Shown here in pieces: positions 39,710 through 49,434 of a DNA stretch of 64,000 bases (positions are counted from its first letter, which is position 1; each line of letters begins with the position of its first letter). The translations under genes were made by a program, and so were the position numbers. This DNA is from an uncultured Chloroflexia bacterium. GTDB lineage: Bacteria; Chloroflexota; Anaerolineae; Anaerolineales; UBA11858. The notes under the pieces were generated by a model that was not told the origin of the DNA, did no database searches, and saw only the letters and a list, made by a program, of their open reading frames with translations. The stretch spans positions 434,684-498,683 of the forward strand of contig CAVQGY010000003.1 in NCBI GenBank assembly GCA_963712165.1. The letters run 5' to 3'.

Positions 39710-41419
39710 CTACTGAAAACGAATGAAGAGCCAAAGCAAGGAGATTGTTACTGTGATCACCACTGCCGGCAATCCTTTTTTCAGGAAATAAGCGTAGGTA
39801 ATTCTATACCCGGCGCGTTCTGAGATACCAGCGGTGATCATATTGGCGGATGCTCCAATCAGGGAACCATTACCACCCATGGCAGCCCCAATGGATAGAC
39901 AGTAAAATAGCACTTTAGAGTCTGCTCCCGGGATGATCACTGTCAAGTATCCGATCACGGGCAACATGGCTGCGGTGAAAGGGATATTGGCGATGATCAT
40001 TGATAATATGGCGCTGAACCAGGTAAGCACGACCATGGCCAAGACCAGGTTTTCCCCAATCAGGTTGCCGATCTGGGTGGCGATAAGGCTGATCAGGCCT
40101 ACTTCCTGGATCGCTCCCACAACGATAAAAAGGGACATGAAAAATACCAATGTTGTCCAGTCCACCGCGCCAATCATCTCTTCGATATTAGGCCGAATCC
40201 AGATCAATAAGGCTGCCGAACCTATTAGGGCAGTCACCGCCGGTAAAAGGTGGATCTTTTCTCCGAAGATGAATAAAGCCAGCATGCCTGCGCCTATCCA
40301 GCCGGCCTTGGTCAGATTGCCTGGATTGGTGATCTTTCCTCTTTCCTCAAGCTTATCCAGCAATAATGGCGAACCGGTTTTTTCACCTTCCAGTTCCTTC
40401 CTGTAGGTGAACCAACTGTAAATGATCAGTCCGATGAATGCCAGCAGCACTCCGGGAGTAAGATTTATCAGGAATTCATTGAAGGTGATCTTCCCAAAAG
40501 ATCCGATCAGGATATTTGTGGGGGTTCCAATCAGGGTACTCACTCCAATTACATTCGAAGCGAACACTTCGGGTATTAATAGGACCAGGGGTGAGATATT
40601 TAACGCCAGGGCGATCTGAACAGTGATGGGCGTCATTAACAACATTGTGGTGACGTTGTCCAGGAAGGCTGAGGCAACACCGGTGATCAGCATCAGCACC
40701 GGTAGAAGGATCCACATTTTGCCCCCAGAGACCCGATAGGAATGATAAGCCAGCCAATGGAAAATCCCTGTGTCCTCCACAACCGCGATGATCATCATCA
40801 TTCCCATGATCAGGAAGATAACATTCCAATCTATATAGGTAATAGCTTGAGCGAATGAAAAGATATGCAGCCCAGGAAGGAGCGGGGCTCCTAGATAACT
40901 AACCCCCAGTAAGAGACTGGCCCCAGCAAATGCAGCCAGGGTATTGTGCAGAAAACCCGACGCAATCAGAACCAGCAGGACAATAAAGATAGCAGCTGAT
41001 ACCCAGAATGCCAGCGTGATCTCCCTGTCCATGACTATTGTGGGCAGTGTCAAGGAATTACCGTTATGCAAAGTGGTGAGTGATTCGCCTTGAAGGGGCA
41101 TTCCTACATTTTTAAAATGAGATCTTTGAAAACGTACTTCCAGGTCATTCTCTATGGGATAGATAATGGGCAGGGCATAACTTCCATCCGTCTGAGATAA
41201 AGTAGAAGTCAGTGGATCTAGTGATCCAATCTTAAATAAACCTACTTCCACGTTTTTGATTGATTGGAATTGAGAGTCTTCTAACCGGCCATAAATATAC
41301 AGTCCTGGCTCATCGTCCTGGGCGTCTGCTACCTGGTTCCAGGATAAAAACAAGGCGATAGCAACAAGTATGATGATCAAGGAATTGTTGAGTCTAGCTT
41401 TCACCAGCTGGTCCTTCAA
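39710..41419 (-). CDS. ArsB/NhaD/SLC13-superfamily anion permease with N-terminal carboxypeptidase-regulatory-like domain
   Basis: Signal/anchor, then a beta-rich segment (VEVGLFKIGSLDPLTSTLSQTDGSYALP), then about 11 TM helices with DNVTTMLLMTP- and ANIPFTAAMLP-type hairpin motifs. Confidence 0.7.
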   Translation of the reverse strand: MKDQLVKARLNNSLIIILVAIALFLSWNQVADAQDDEPGLYIYGRLEDSQFQSIKNVEVGLFKIGSLDPLTSTLSQTDGSYALPIIYPIENDLEVRFQRSHFKNVGMPLQGESLTTLHNGNSLTLPTIVMDREITLAFWVSAAIFIVLLVLIASGFLHNTLAAFAGASLLLGVSYLGAPLLPGLHIFSFAQAITYIDWNVIFLIMGMMMIIAVVEDTGIFHWLAYHSYRVSGGKMWILLPVLMLITGVASAFLDNVTTMLLMTPITVQIALALNISPLVLLIPEVFASNVIGVSTLIGTPTNILIGSFGKITFNEFLINLTPGVLLAFIGLIIYSWFTYRKELEGEKTGSPLLLDKLEERGKITNPGNLTKAGWIGAGMLALFIFGEKIHLLPAVTALIGSAALLIWIRPNIEEMIGAVDWTTLVFFMSLFIVVGAIQEVGLISLIATQIGNLIGENLVLAMVVLTWFSAILSMIIANIPFTAAMLPVIGYLTVIIPGADSKVLFYCLSIGAAMGGNGSLIGASANMITAGISERAGYRITYAYFLKKGLPAVVITVTISLLWLFIRFQ

Positions 41420-41496
41420 TATGGGGCATGAAACTTACCCCTCGGCGTATATATTCCGGTATGTGCTGTACCAGAATTGGGTTTCCGGAACGAAAA

Positions 41497-41931
41497 TCAA
41501 TCCGGTGTATAGATCACCCTGGCATGGCAGGTTGATTCTATCCGTTCTGCAAAAGCGTGCAGTCTTTCGAGGTTGAGCAGGTTGTCTTCCCCGTCTTCCT
41601 GTGGGCGGCCTAAAATCACATATATGGGTTTGAGTTCCTCGCAGCAAGAGATAATCTCATCCACCACCGTACCTTTCCGGATAATGATATCTGCTTCAAC
41701 GCCCTCTTGATGTGCCTGCTCCTGGGCGCCCAGCAAAATGAACTCTCCCATCTCTTCTAATTCTTTTGAAATATGGTCGGTTTTACTGCTGATGGTATGA
41801 GTTAGAAAGTCCAGATTGACTACGTAGAGAAAATATATGGTCTCTTCGGTTTCACTCGCTAGCTGAATGGAGGCAGCAATCGTGGGTTGGCTTGATGGCC
41901 CACCACGAATTGCGCATAGTATACCTGACAT
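41497..41931 (-). CDS. Universal stress protein (UspA family)
   Basis: 144 aa, ILCAIRGGPSS...IYVILGRP pattern of the Usp alpha/beta fold. Confidence 0.65.
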   Translation of the reverse strand: MSGILCAIRGGPSSQPTIAASIQLASETEETIYFLYVVNLDFLTHTISSKTDHISKELEEMGEFILLGAQEQAHQEGVEADIIIRKGTVVDEIISCCEELKPIYVILGRPQEDGEDNLLNLERLHAFAERIESTCHARVIYTPD

Positions 41932-42038
41932 TCTCTTCTCCTTACTGGTCCAGCGAAACCTGGCCTGGGAAGTTATTATCCTAACATTATACTCATTTGT
42001 TGAGGCCGTGGAAGCAGATTACGAGAGTCTTCATTCTA

Positions 42039-42866
42039 TTAATCAGGGGTCGGGGTAGGCGTGATGGAATCCAGGAGGGTCGGTGAAGGCGTCTCTTGAA
42101 GATCCTGAGTGTCAAATCCAAGCAAGGCCAATTGCCAGGCTAGTTCTACTTTCCCGCTAGCTAACGCTGGCTGATCGGGTAGATCCGCAATGGCGCCTTC
42201 AATAGCACTTGCCATTTCCAGGGCTTGAAGACGCTGCCAGCTGTTGAGATTCACATCCAGGCTGGTCAAGACCTGCTGAGCAGCAATCAGTTGATCTTCC
42301 GCATAACCATAGTTTGCGTGGAGCAGATATTGGTTAGCCTTCGAGAGCAGGGCGATTATCTTGCCCAGTTCATTCTCATACCCATCCTGAAAATACCCCA
42401 TTTGAGCAGTAGCCAGGGCAGAAATGTGATTTTCGTTCGCCAATTGATTGGCGGTTAGTGTCGCTAGCTGACCCGGGACATGGGTTAGGCTGAAGGAATT
42501 GACCGTTTCGAGGGCTGACTGTACTTCAGCGATTTTCCGATCGGCTGCTTCGAAGGCAGACTCCAGATCCTGATTGTTTATGACCTGATTTTCCCGCAGT
42601 TCCCCTGTTAGAAAAGCAAGTTGATCTTCTAGTGCGTTTTGGGTTGCCGCCAGTTCTTGGATCAGGTCCTGATTATTATCAACTGGCTCAAACAGTCTTT
42701 GTTCCAAATAGGGCACCCATCCAACAGCGGAGAAATAGACCACTGCTCCGATAACTCCCCCCACTAAGGTAACGATAAGGATTCTCAGGGCAACCCTCAG
42801 AATGGAGTTTGAGGACAGGTTCGCTTTTTCTTTTTTTTGAGCATCGGGTACTTTCTCTGGATCCAT
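42039..42866 (-). CDS. Hypothetical single-pass membrane protein with coiled-coil ectodomain
   Basis: Start moved to MDPEKV (GAGGA 5 nt upstream), because the rpmI terminator lies inside the ORF-track extension. TM helix ILIVTLVGGVIGAVVYFSAVGWV. Pro/Thr tail. Confidence 0.55.
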   Translation of the reverse strand: MDPEKVPDAQKKEKANLSSNSILRVALRILIVTLVGGVIGAVVYFSAVGWVPYLEQRLFEPVDNNQDLIQELAATQNALEDQLAFLTGELRENQVINNQDLESAFEAADRKIAEVQSALETVNSFSLTHVPGQLATLTANQLANENHISALATAQMGYFQDGYENELGKIIALLSKANQYLLHANYGYAEDQLIAAQQVLTSLDVNLNSWQRLQALEMASAIEGAIADLPDQPALASGKVELAWQLALLGFDTQDLQETPSPTLLDSITPTPTPD

Positions 42867-42911
42867 GTTTTCCTCGGGGGGATTTTGTCCCTGCTGGCTG
42901 GAATGACCTAT

Positions 42912-42944
42912 AAAAAAAAGCCGTTCCACAGGGGTGAAACGGCT
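42912..42944 (-). terminator. Intrinsic terminator after rpmI
   Basis: On the minus strand AGCCGTT-TCACCCCTGTGG-AACGGCT is followed by T8. Confidence 0.75.
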
Positions 42945-42962
42945 ACGTTCAGGTTTGAGAGT

Positions 42963-43175
42963 CTATCGATCTAAACCAGGCGCAAGTCTCTTAATTCTTT
43001 TTTTCAAACCGCTTGCCTCGACCTCATGCATTTTTTTCATGTCATTGATTGATCGGCTGGATTTCCTGCGCCGCAGGTGTCCATGATGTCCCTTGGTGCG
43101 GAGGATTTTTCCACTTCCGGTTTTCCGGAACCGTTTGGCAGTGGATTGATGTGTTTTTATACTTTTTTTACCCAT
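42963..43175 (-). CDS. rpmI: 50S ribosomal protein L35
   Basis: MGKKSIKTHQSTAKRFRKTGSGKILRTKGHHGHLRRRKS is a typical L35. Confidence 0.9.
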   Translation of the reverse strand: MGKKSIKTHQSTAKRFRKTGSGKILRTKGHHGHLRRRKSSRSINDMKKMHEVEASGLKKRIKRLAPGLDR

Positions 43176-43221
43176 ATGATCCTTTCTCCTGGTAGGAACG
43201 ACCTACCATTTATTTATTAGC

Positions 43222-43752
43222 TTACTTCTTCTTCGACCCCTTTTCTGGGGGTTTCACTTTGCGGAGGATCTTATTGATCTCCTTGTTTGCTTCCGGTACA
43301 CCGATCTCCCGGGTAGCTGACCATTCAGAGGCTATTTTTTTCTTGATTGATGTATGTGTCCGCTGCTCTGTAGTATTCAGCTTGCCTGCGGCCTGCTTGG
43401 CATGTAAATCCCTCAGCAGCGTACAAAAACCTACTAAATCTCCCTGCGCCACCACTTCATCAATTCGTTTTTTCCGATCAGTGTGTTTGCTGGCCATTTC
43501 CTCCGCAGGGGATTCAAGGACAGCAATGGCTTTCTGGAGATTACTCTCACTGACTACGGGCCGAATACGCTCTGGGTCTAGTTTATCTGTAGGTATCCAA
43601 TAGACACCATTGCGAGATTGTACCCTGAAATATTCTTGGATTTCTTCACCAAGGGTTTTTTTCTCTTTTCCTTCTATCTGTCCCACGCCATACTGAAAGT
43701 GGGAAACCCAATCTCCTTTCTTAAATGACCTAGGTTTTTCAGACATTCGCAA
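43222..43752 (-). CDS. carD: CarD/CdnL-family RNA-polymerase-binding transcription factor
   Basis: N-terminal Tudor-like FKKGDWVSHFQYGVGQIEGKEKKTLGEEIQEYFRV plus a helical C-terminal domain. Confidence 0.8.
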   Translation of the reverse strand: MRMSEKPRSFKKGDWVSHFQYGVGQIEGKEKKTLGEEIQEYFRVQSRNGVYWIPTDKLDPERIRPVVSESNLQKAIAVLESPAEEMASKHTDRKKRIDEVVAQGDLVGFCTLLRDLHAKQAAGKLNTTEQRTHTSIKKKIASEWSATREIGVPEANKEINKILRKVKPPEKGSKKK

Positions 43753-43811
43753 CTCCAGTTGCAGCCGCGTGCTTTAGAACACTTACCAGCCAGCTATTCT
43801 ATCATAACTGG

Positions 43812-45050
<1,239 letters not shown>

Positions 45051-45140
45051 ATAGGTTTTTGAAACGATCGATAAGTTAGTTGAAAGTACCAGTCACGCGA
45101 AGCAATAACTCAGAACCCAGCAAAAAGGTAAACGAATAGC

Positions 45141-45404
45141 TTATTCTTCCTTCTTTTCTTCTTCTTTGGGAGCAGGCTGTCCTTTTTTGTGCCGGTAAAC
45201 TATCCGGCCCCGGGTAAGATCGTAGGTTGACATTTCAACTGTAACGCGATCTCCCAGGAGGACACGAATATAATACTTGCGCATTTTTCCCGCGAGATAG
45301 GTAAGTATCTCGTGTCCGTTGTCCAGTTCAACGATGAACTGGGTTCCTGGAAGTGCCTTGACAATCGTGCCTTCCATTCTCACTTTGTCATCTTTTTTTG
45401 TCAT
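45141..45404 (-). CDS. infA: Translation initiation factor IF-1 (with short acidic/lysine C-terminal extension)
   Basis: [71 protein letters not shown]. Confidence 0.95.
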   Translation of the reverse strand: MTKKDDKVRMEGTIVKALPGTQFIVELDNGHEILTYLAGKMRKYYIRVLLGDRVTVEMSTYDLTRGRIVYRHKKGQPAPKEEEKKEE

Positions 45405-45488
45405 GAAACCTCTTGATGTCAATTGTGGCAGACGGGGCAGAGGATCTGCCCCGTGCTGGATAACCCGGTGCCGGATCGTTCGTCTTCT

Positions 45489-45716
45489 CTAGTATGTCCG
45501 AATACCTTGCTTCTTCTGTCGTCGTTTATTTGCCAGACGCCGTTTGCGCCGGCGAATCGCTTTTTTGCGCTGGATGCGGCTTAGTTCACTTTTGGAAACA
45601 AACCATCTCTTGCGCCGGACAGTGCTTAAAACACCGCTCCGAGAGACTTTTTTCCGGAAGCGCTTCATCATTTGCTTCTGCGATTCATTAGGTCGGAGTT
45701 CTACTCGTACAGCCAA
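45489..45716 (-). CDS. rpsU: 30S ribosomal protein S21
   Basis: TTG start. MAVRVELRPNESQKQMMKRFRKKVSRSGVLSTVRRKRWF is a typical S21. Confidence 0.9.
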   Translation of the reverse strand: MAVRVELRPNESQKQMMKRFRKKVSRSGVLSTVRRKRWFVSKSELSRIQRKKAIRRRKRRLANKRRQKKQGIRTY

Positions 45717-45927
45717 GACTTCTCACATCCTTTCTTTTCGGCCATCACGCAGAAAGGGCGAGCCTTCTTTTCTCACCCTTTTGTGTTTTGCAGCCTTGAA
45801 TTCGATCTTTTTGCATCTCTGCAAAATCGCACGGGAAATTCCGCGCTTGCCTATCTCCCCACAAGTATACCTCTAAAAACTTACAATGCAATATAAATGA
45901 ATACGAAAGAATTACAAAGTGCTTACA

Positions 45928-45956
45928 TTGACCCCTCGAAATGGGTATGCTAGAAT
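45928..45956 (+). promoter_or_regulatory. Sigma-70-type promoter (TTGACC-17 nt-TAGAAT) only 6 nt from the ATG at 45963
   Basis: -35 at 45928..45933, 17-nt spacer, -10 at 45951..45956. No Shine-Dalgarno sequence between the -10 and the ATG. Confidence 0.55.
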
Positions 45957-45962
45957 GCGAAT

Positions 45963-47471
45963 ATGGAAAATCAGGCAGATTTTAAGGATTTTGATCCAGA
46001 AAGACCGAATCAGGGATACCCGCAAGGGCGAGATCAATCCGGGTGGCGTGATTTTGGGGAGCAATCAGGTCAACAGATACAAGATTCGGTCAGGATATTT
46101 GATCAGTTATTGGTACCAGCCCGACTGCTGGCTGCTGCTGTCCAGGGAAACCTGCAAGCTCTGTCAGGTAATTTGCTTACCTGGAACCAGGATGTTCTCA
46201 GTCGGTTCCTTTCCGATGCCAGAGATGATCTAGATCAGATGGCTAGATTTCTCGAGTTGGGTTTGGTTTACTCGAAAGCGATCACAGAAAGTGCATCTTA
46301 TAATTTGCCGGTTCCGCTGTTCGATCTGATTCATGAAATTATCTCTGAGTTAGGGATCACATCGGTAAACACCAGCGAGGTCCAATCGGATGATGGTGAA
46401 CCATTGCAGGTTAATATTGACCGGGCGATGGTCAAGATCGCTTTAGCATCTCTTTTAAGGGAAGTAGCTAATAGAAATACCCCTGGCCAACAATCTGCAT
46501 TGAAGATTTCCAAGCGAGAAGATTTCGTGGTGCTGCAGATCTCAAATCCCAGAATACTTCCATTGCCTGGCTTAGCCCCTGTAGAAGATGGTGAAGCTAC
46601 GATTGAAAATAACCTTGAACTCTATTTGGCTCGGAAGATCCTGACTGCTCAGGGAGGGAATTTAGTCCTGGATCAACGAACGGAAGATGAGGGAGGAGGA
46701 TTGAAAATTGAAGTTTCCCTTCCCACTGTGAAACCTCCCCGGGGGCAGCCGAATCGAAAAGAAAGGGGGCTGCTGGTAAAAAAAGGCTCTGGAAGGATTC
46801 TGCTGGCAGAAAATCAGCCCGAATACCAACTACGTATTCGAGAAGCTCTTACAGAGCTGGGATATAGGGTCGATCTGGCCGTGGATGGCAATACTGCCCT
46901 GGATATGGTCCAGGCAGGACAGCCGAAATTGGTTATTCTGGCCAGAAATCTACCTGGAATGGACGGGCTATTGGTCACGCAGGGAGCGCGCCGCTGGTCT
47001 AAAGTACCGATCATCATGATCAGCATCCGCCATAGTCCGGAAGACCTTCTCAATGCATACAGGATGGGAGTGGATGATTATTTGCATAAACCATTTATGA
47101 TCGAGGAGTTACTCGCAAAAGTCCAAGTATTCTTATCCAGAGCGGAGGAAGCGGGAAATTCGATCGTGTCTGAGATATACCAGGAAGGCTCGATCCGTAT
47201 CGATCAGGGAACCCGGCAAGTTTGGGTGAGGGGAAATCTCGTTCAACTCACACCCATTGAGTATAATCTGCTGGTTTATTTATCTCGTCAAGGCCGGCAG
47301 ATCATACCTTACGAACAACTCCTGGAACATGTCTGGGAAGGACCGGAAAAAGGGACTCGCCAGGGGCTTTTTGTCCATGTCCGGCGTTTACGAGAAAAGA
47401 TCGAGGTAGAACCAAAGAATCCGCAGATCCTGAGTAATAAATGGGGTGTGGGTTATGTGTTCAACCCCTGA
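45963..47471 (+). CDS. Atypical OmpR-family regulator: degenerate histidine-kinase-like domain + pseudo-receiver + winged-helix DNA-binding domain
   Basis: C-terminal LTPIEYNLLVYL...LSNKWGVGYVF (Trans_reg_C). The receiver has EN for the acidic pair and Ala at the phospho-acceptor position (LVILARNLPGMDG). The N-terminal HATPase-like region lacks the H-box His and G-boxes. Confidence 0.8.
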   Translation: MENQADFKDFDPERPNQGYPQGRDQSGWRDFGEQSGQQIQDSVRIFDQLLVPARLLAAAVQGNLQALSGNLLTWNQDVLSRFLSDARDDLDQMARFLELGLVYSKAITESASYNLPVPLFDLIHEIISELGITSVNTSEVQSDDGEPLQVNIDRAMVKIALASLLREVANRNTPGQQSALKISKREDFVVLQISNPRILPLPGLAPVEDGEATIENNLELYLARKILTAQGGNLVLDQRTEDEGGGLKIEVSLPTVKPPRGQPNRKERGLLVKKGSGRILLAENQPEYQLRIREALTELGYRVDLAVDGNTALDMVQAGQPKLVILARNLPGMDGLLVTQGARRWSKVPIIMISIRHSPEDLLNAYRMGVDDYLHKPFMIEELLAKVQVFLSRAEEAGNSIVSEIYQEGSIRIDQGTRQVWVRGNLVQLTPIEYNLLVYLSRQGRQIIPYEQLLEHVWEGPEKGTRQGLFVHVRRLREKIEVEPKNPQILSNKWGVGYVFNP

Positions 47472-47485
47472 TACAACCCCGTTAA

Positions 47486-47514
47486 TTGACAAACGAATAG
47501 AAATTTGTCATAAT
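47486..47514 (+). promoter_or_regulatory. Sigma-70-type promoter upstream of rpsA (TTGACA-17 nt-CATAAT)
   Basis: -35 at 47486..47491 and -10 at 47509..47514. Predicts a 5' UTR of about 120 nt. Confidence 0.6.
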
Positions 47515-47640
47515 CTGACTGCAATTGTGTTACCTGCTCTGAACAGTGCCAATAATTAGGCAAATATCTTACTAAGGCAATAGTGGATAGGAATCGTTCT
47601 GCAGTAGCAAGTATTTGTCCTGTAAGAACGAGAGCTAGAT

Positions 47641-49032
47641 ATGGATATGGAAAAACAGCCCCCAGAACAGGAAAATCCCCAAGATGCTGAAGAAAAAACC
47701 AGCGGACAACCAGGTTGGTTTCACGATTTTGTAGATCATTATGATGTTGACAAACCTCAGCAAGGGGAAATGTTAAAGGGTAAGATCCTGGACATCCAGG
47801 AAGGATCCATTTTGCTGGATGTTGGGTTGAAAAGGGACGCGATCATCCCCAAACAGGATCTGGATAGAGTTGATCCAGAATACCTGAGTGGATTAACAGT
47901 CGGTGATGAGATAGTGGTTGGTGTTATGCGAACACCCTTGGGAGATGATGACTTGCTGGTATCTCTGCAACAGGGTTTGACTCAAAAAACATGGGCTAAA
48001 GCAGAAGAACTTGCAGAGAGCAGCCAGGTTATAGAATTGAAAATCGTTGATCAGAACCGTGGTGGATTGTTAGTAGCCTTTGATAATTTACAGGCTTTTG
48101 TGCCGAATTCTCATATCCCTGCCATTCGCAGGGGAACCAGCACTCAGAAGGCAGGGGAGATAAAAGCCGGCCTGATCGGGAAAGAACTTCCGTTAAAGGT
48201 GATTGAGGTGAATTCAAAAGAACGCAAACTTGTTTTTTCAGCCCGGGTTGCCCAGCGTGAACAGCGATTGAAAAGATTGGAGGAGATCCAGGTAGGGCAG
48301 GTGATAAACTCCCGGGTAGCCAATGTAGTGGACTTTGGCTTATTCGTAGATCTCGAGGGAGTGGATGGCTTAATCCATAAATCAGAAATCGATTGGGGAA
48401 GGGTGACACATCCAGGTAAATTATTCAAGGTTGGTGATGAAATTGAAGTAAAAGTCGTCAGCGTTGATATTGAGAATGAACGTATCAGTCTGAGCAGAAA
48501 AGCCCTGCTGCCCAATCCCTGGGAGAAGCTTGTAGGTGGATTCAAAGCAGGAGATCTCGTCCAGGGAGTGGTGGTCTCGGTGCTCGAGTTCGGCGCATTT
48601 GTAGAAATCGCAGAAGGCCTGCATGGATTAGTGCACGTCTCTGAAATAGGATATTCAAATACTGGGGATCATCAAGCAGTTCTTAAGAAAGGAGACCCAG
48701 TCCTCGTCAAAATCATGGGAATTGATACAGGTAGGGAGCGAGTATCTCTGAGCATGAGACGAGTCCCGGTCTCTGACCAGATGGAATGGATCATGAATCT
48801 TGAAGATGTTTCCGATGCATCGCTCCAGGAAAGCAATACTGGAGAAGAGTTGATTGAGGATAATGATCAAGGAGTTCGCGAAGAGACCAAAACAAAGGCT
48901 GACCAAGATAAAAGCATACCGGACGAAGTACAAGAATTGGGCGCGTCAGGAAAGGTATTGGATGGAGAATCACGTTCCGAGGGGGAGACCGAGGAACTGA
49001 CCGCAGGAGTAGAGACTGAAACCGAAGACTAA
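47641..49032 (+). CDS. rpsA: 30S ribosomal protein S1 (four S1 domains, acidic N- and C-terminal extensions)
   Basis: Repeated S1 OB-fold motifs (GEMLKGKILDIQEGSILLDVG, GQVINSRVANVVDFGLFVDLEG, GDLVQGVVVSVLEFGAFVEI). Confidence 0.9.
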   Translation: MDMEKQPPEQENPQDAEEKTSGQPGWFHDFVDHYDVDKPQQGEMLKGKILDIQEGSILLDVGLKRDAIIPKQDLDRVDPEYLSGLTVGDEIVVGVMRTPLGDDDLLVSLQQGLTQKTWAKAEELAESSQVIELKIVDQNRGGLLVAFDNLQAFVPNSHIPAIRRGTSTQKAGEIKAGLIGKELPLKVIEVNSKERKLVFSARVAQREQRLKRLEEIQVGQVINSRVANVVDFGLFVDLEGVDGLIHKSEIDWGRVTHPGKLFKVGDEIEVKVVSVDIENERISLSRKALLPNPWEKLVGGFKAGDLVQGVVVSVLEFGAFVEIAEGLHGLVHVSEIGYSNTGDHQAVLKKGDPVLVKIMGIDTGRERVSLSMRRVPVSDQMEWIMNLEDVSDASLQESNTGEELIEDNDQGVREETKTKADQDKSIPDEVQELGASGKVLDGESRSEGETEELTAGVETETED

Positions 49033-49066
49033 GCTCAACCCCAGATCAATAATGAACTGGCTGAAG

Positions 49067-49285
49067 TTAATACACGTCAGCCAGATGGTTTAAAGGCAGG
49101 TCAGCAGGGTATTCCGGACGCCTGGAAGATCTACTTGTGTATTGTTCGAAAGCTTCAGCACAATCGCAGACCTCTCCCTTCAAGCATCTTTCACAACAAT
49201 AGTTCCGCTGGTCCTTAACACTCGGTTTCCAGTAAATTTCTACACCACATCCATCACACCAGAGCGTATCATGATAACGTACCAT
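49067..49285 (-). CDS. Small cysteine-rich putative metal-binding protein (72 aa)
   Basis: GGAGGTG lies 4 nt upstream of the ATG. Seven Cys arranged as WCDGCG...YCCERCLKGEVCDC. Confidence 0.6.
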   Translation of the reverse strand: MVRYHDTLWCDGCGVEIYWKPSVKDQRNYCCERCLKGEVCDCAEAFEQYTSRSSRRPEYPADLPLNHLADVY

Positions 49286-49434
49286 TTGACACCTCCATCT
49301 ATGGGATTGGCCAGGGGTTATTCGGTTATTGGACTTATGCGATGTGATCCCCGACGTTCAAGGAGGGCGCCGTTGATCAGCGGGCACCATATATTAACTA
49401 TATCAAATTGGCCGGGATACTTCAAGCCAGCAAG

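Noticed and set aside
49057-49084. 8-bp hairpin CTGGCTGA-12 nt-TCAGCCAG between convergent rpsA and the Cys-rich ORF, considered as a terminator.
   Set aside because: No U-tract on either strand, and it overlaps the last codons of the small ORF. It may still stabilise the transcript 3' ends, but I cannot call it an intrinsic terminator.
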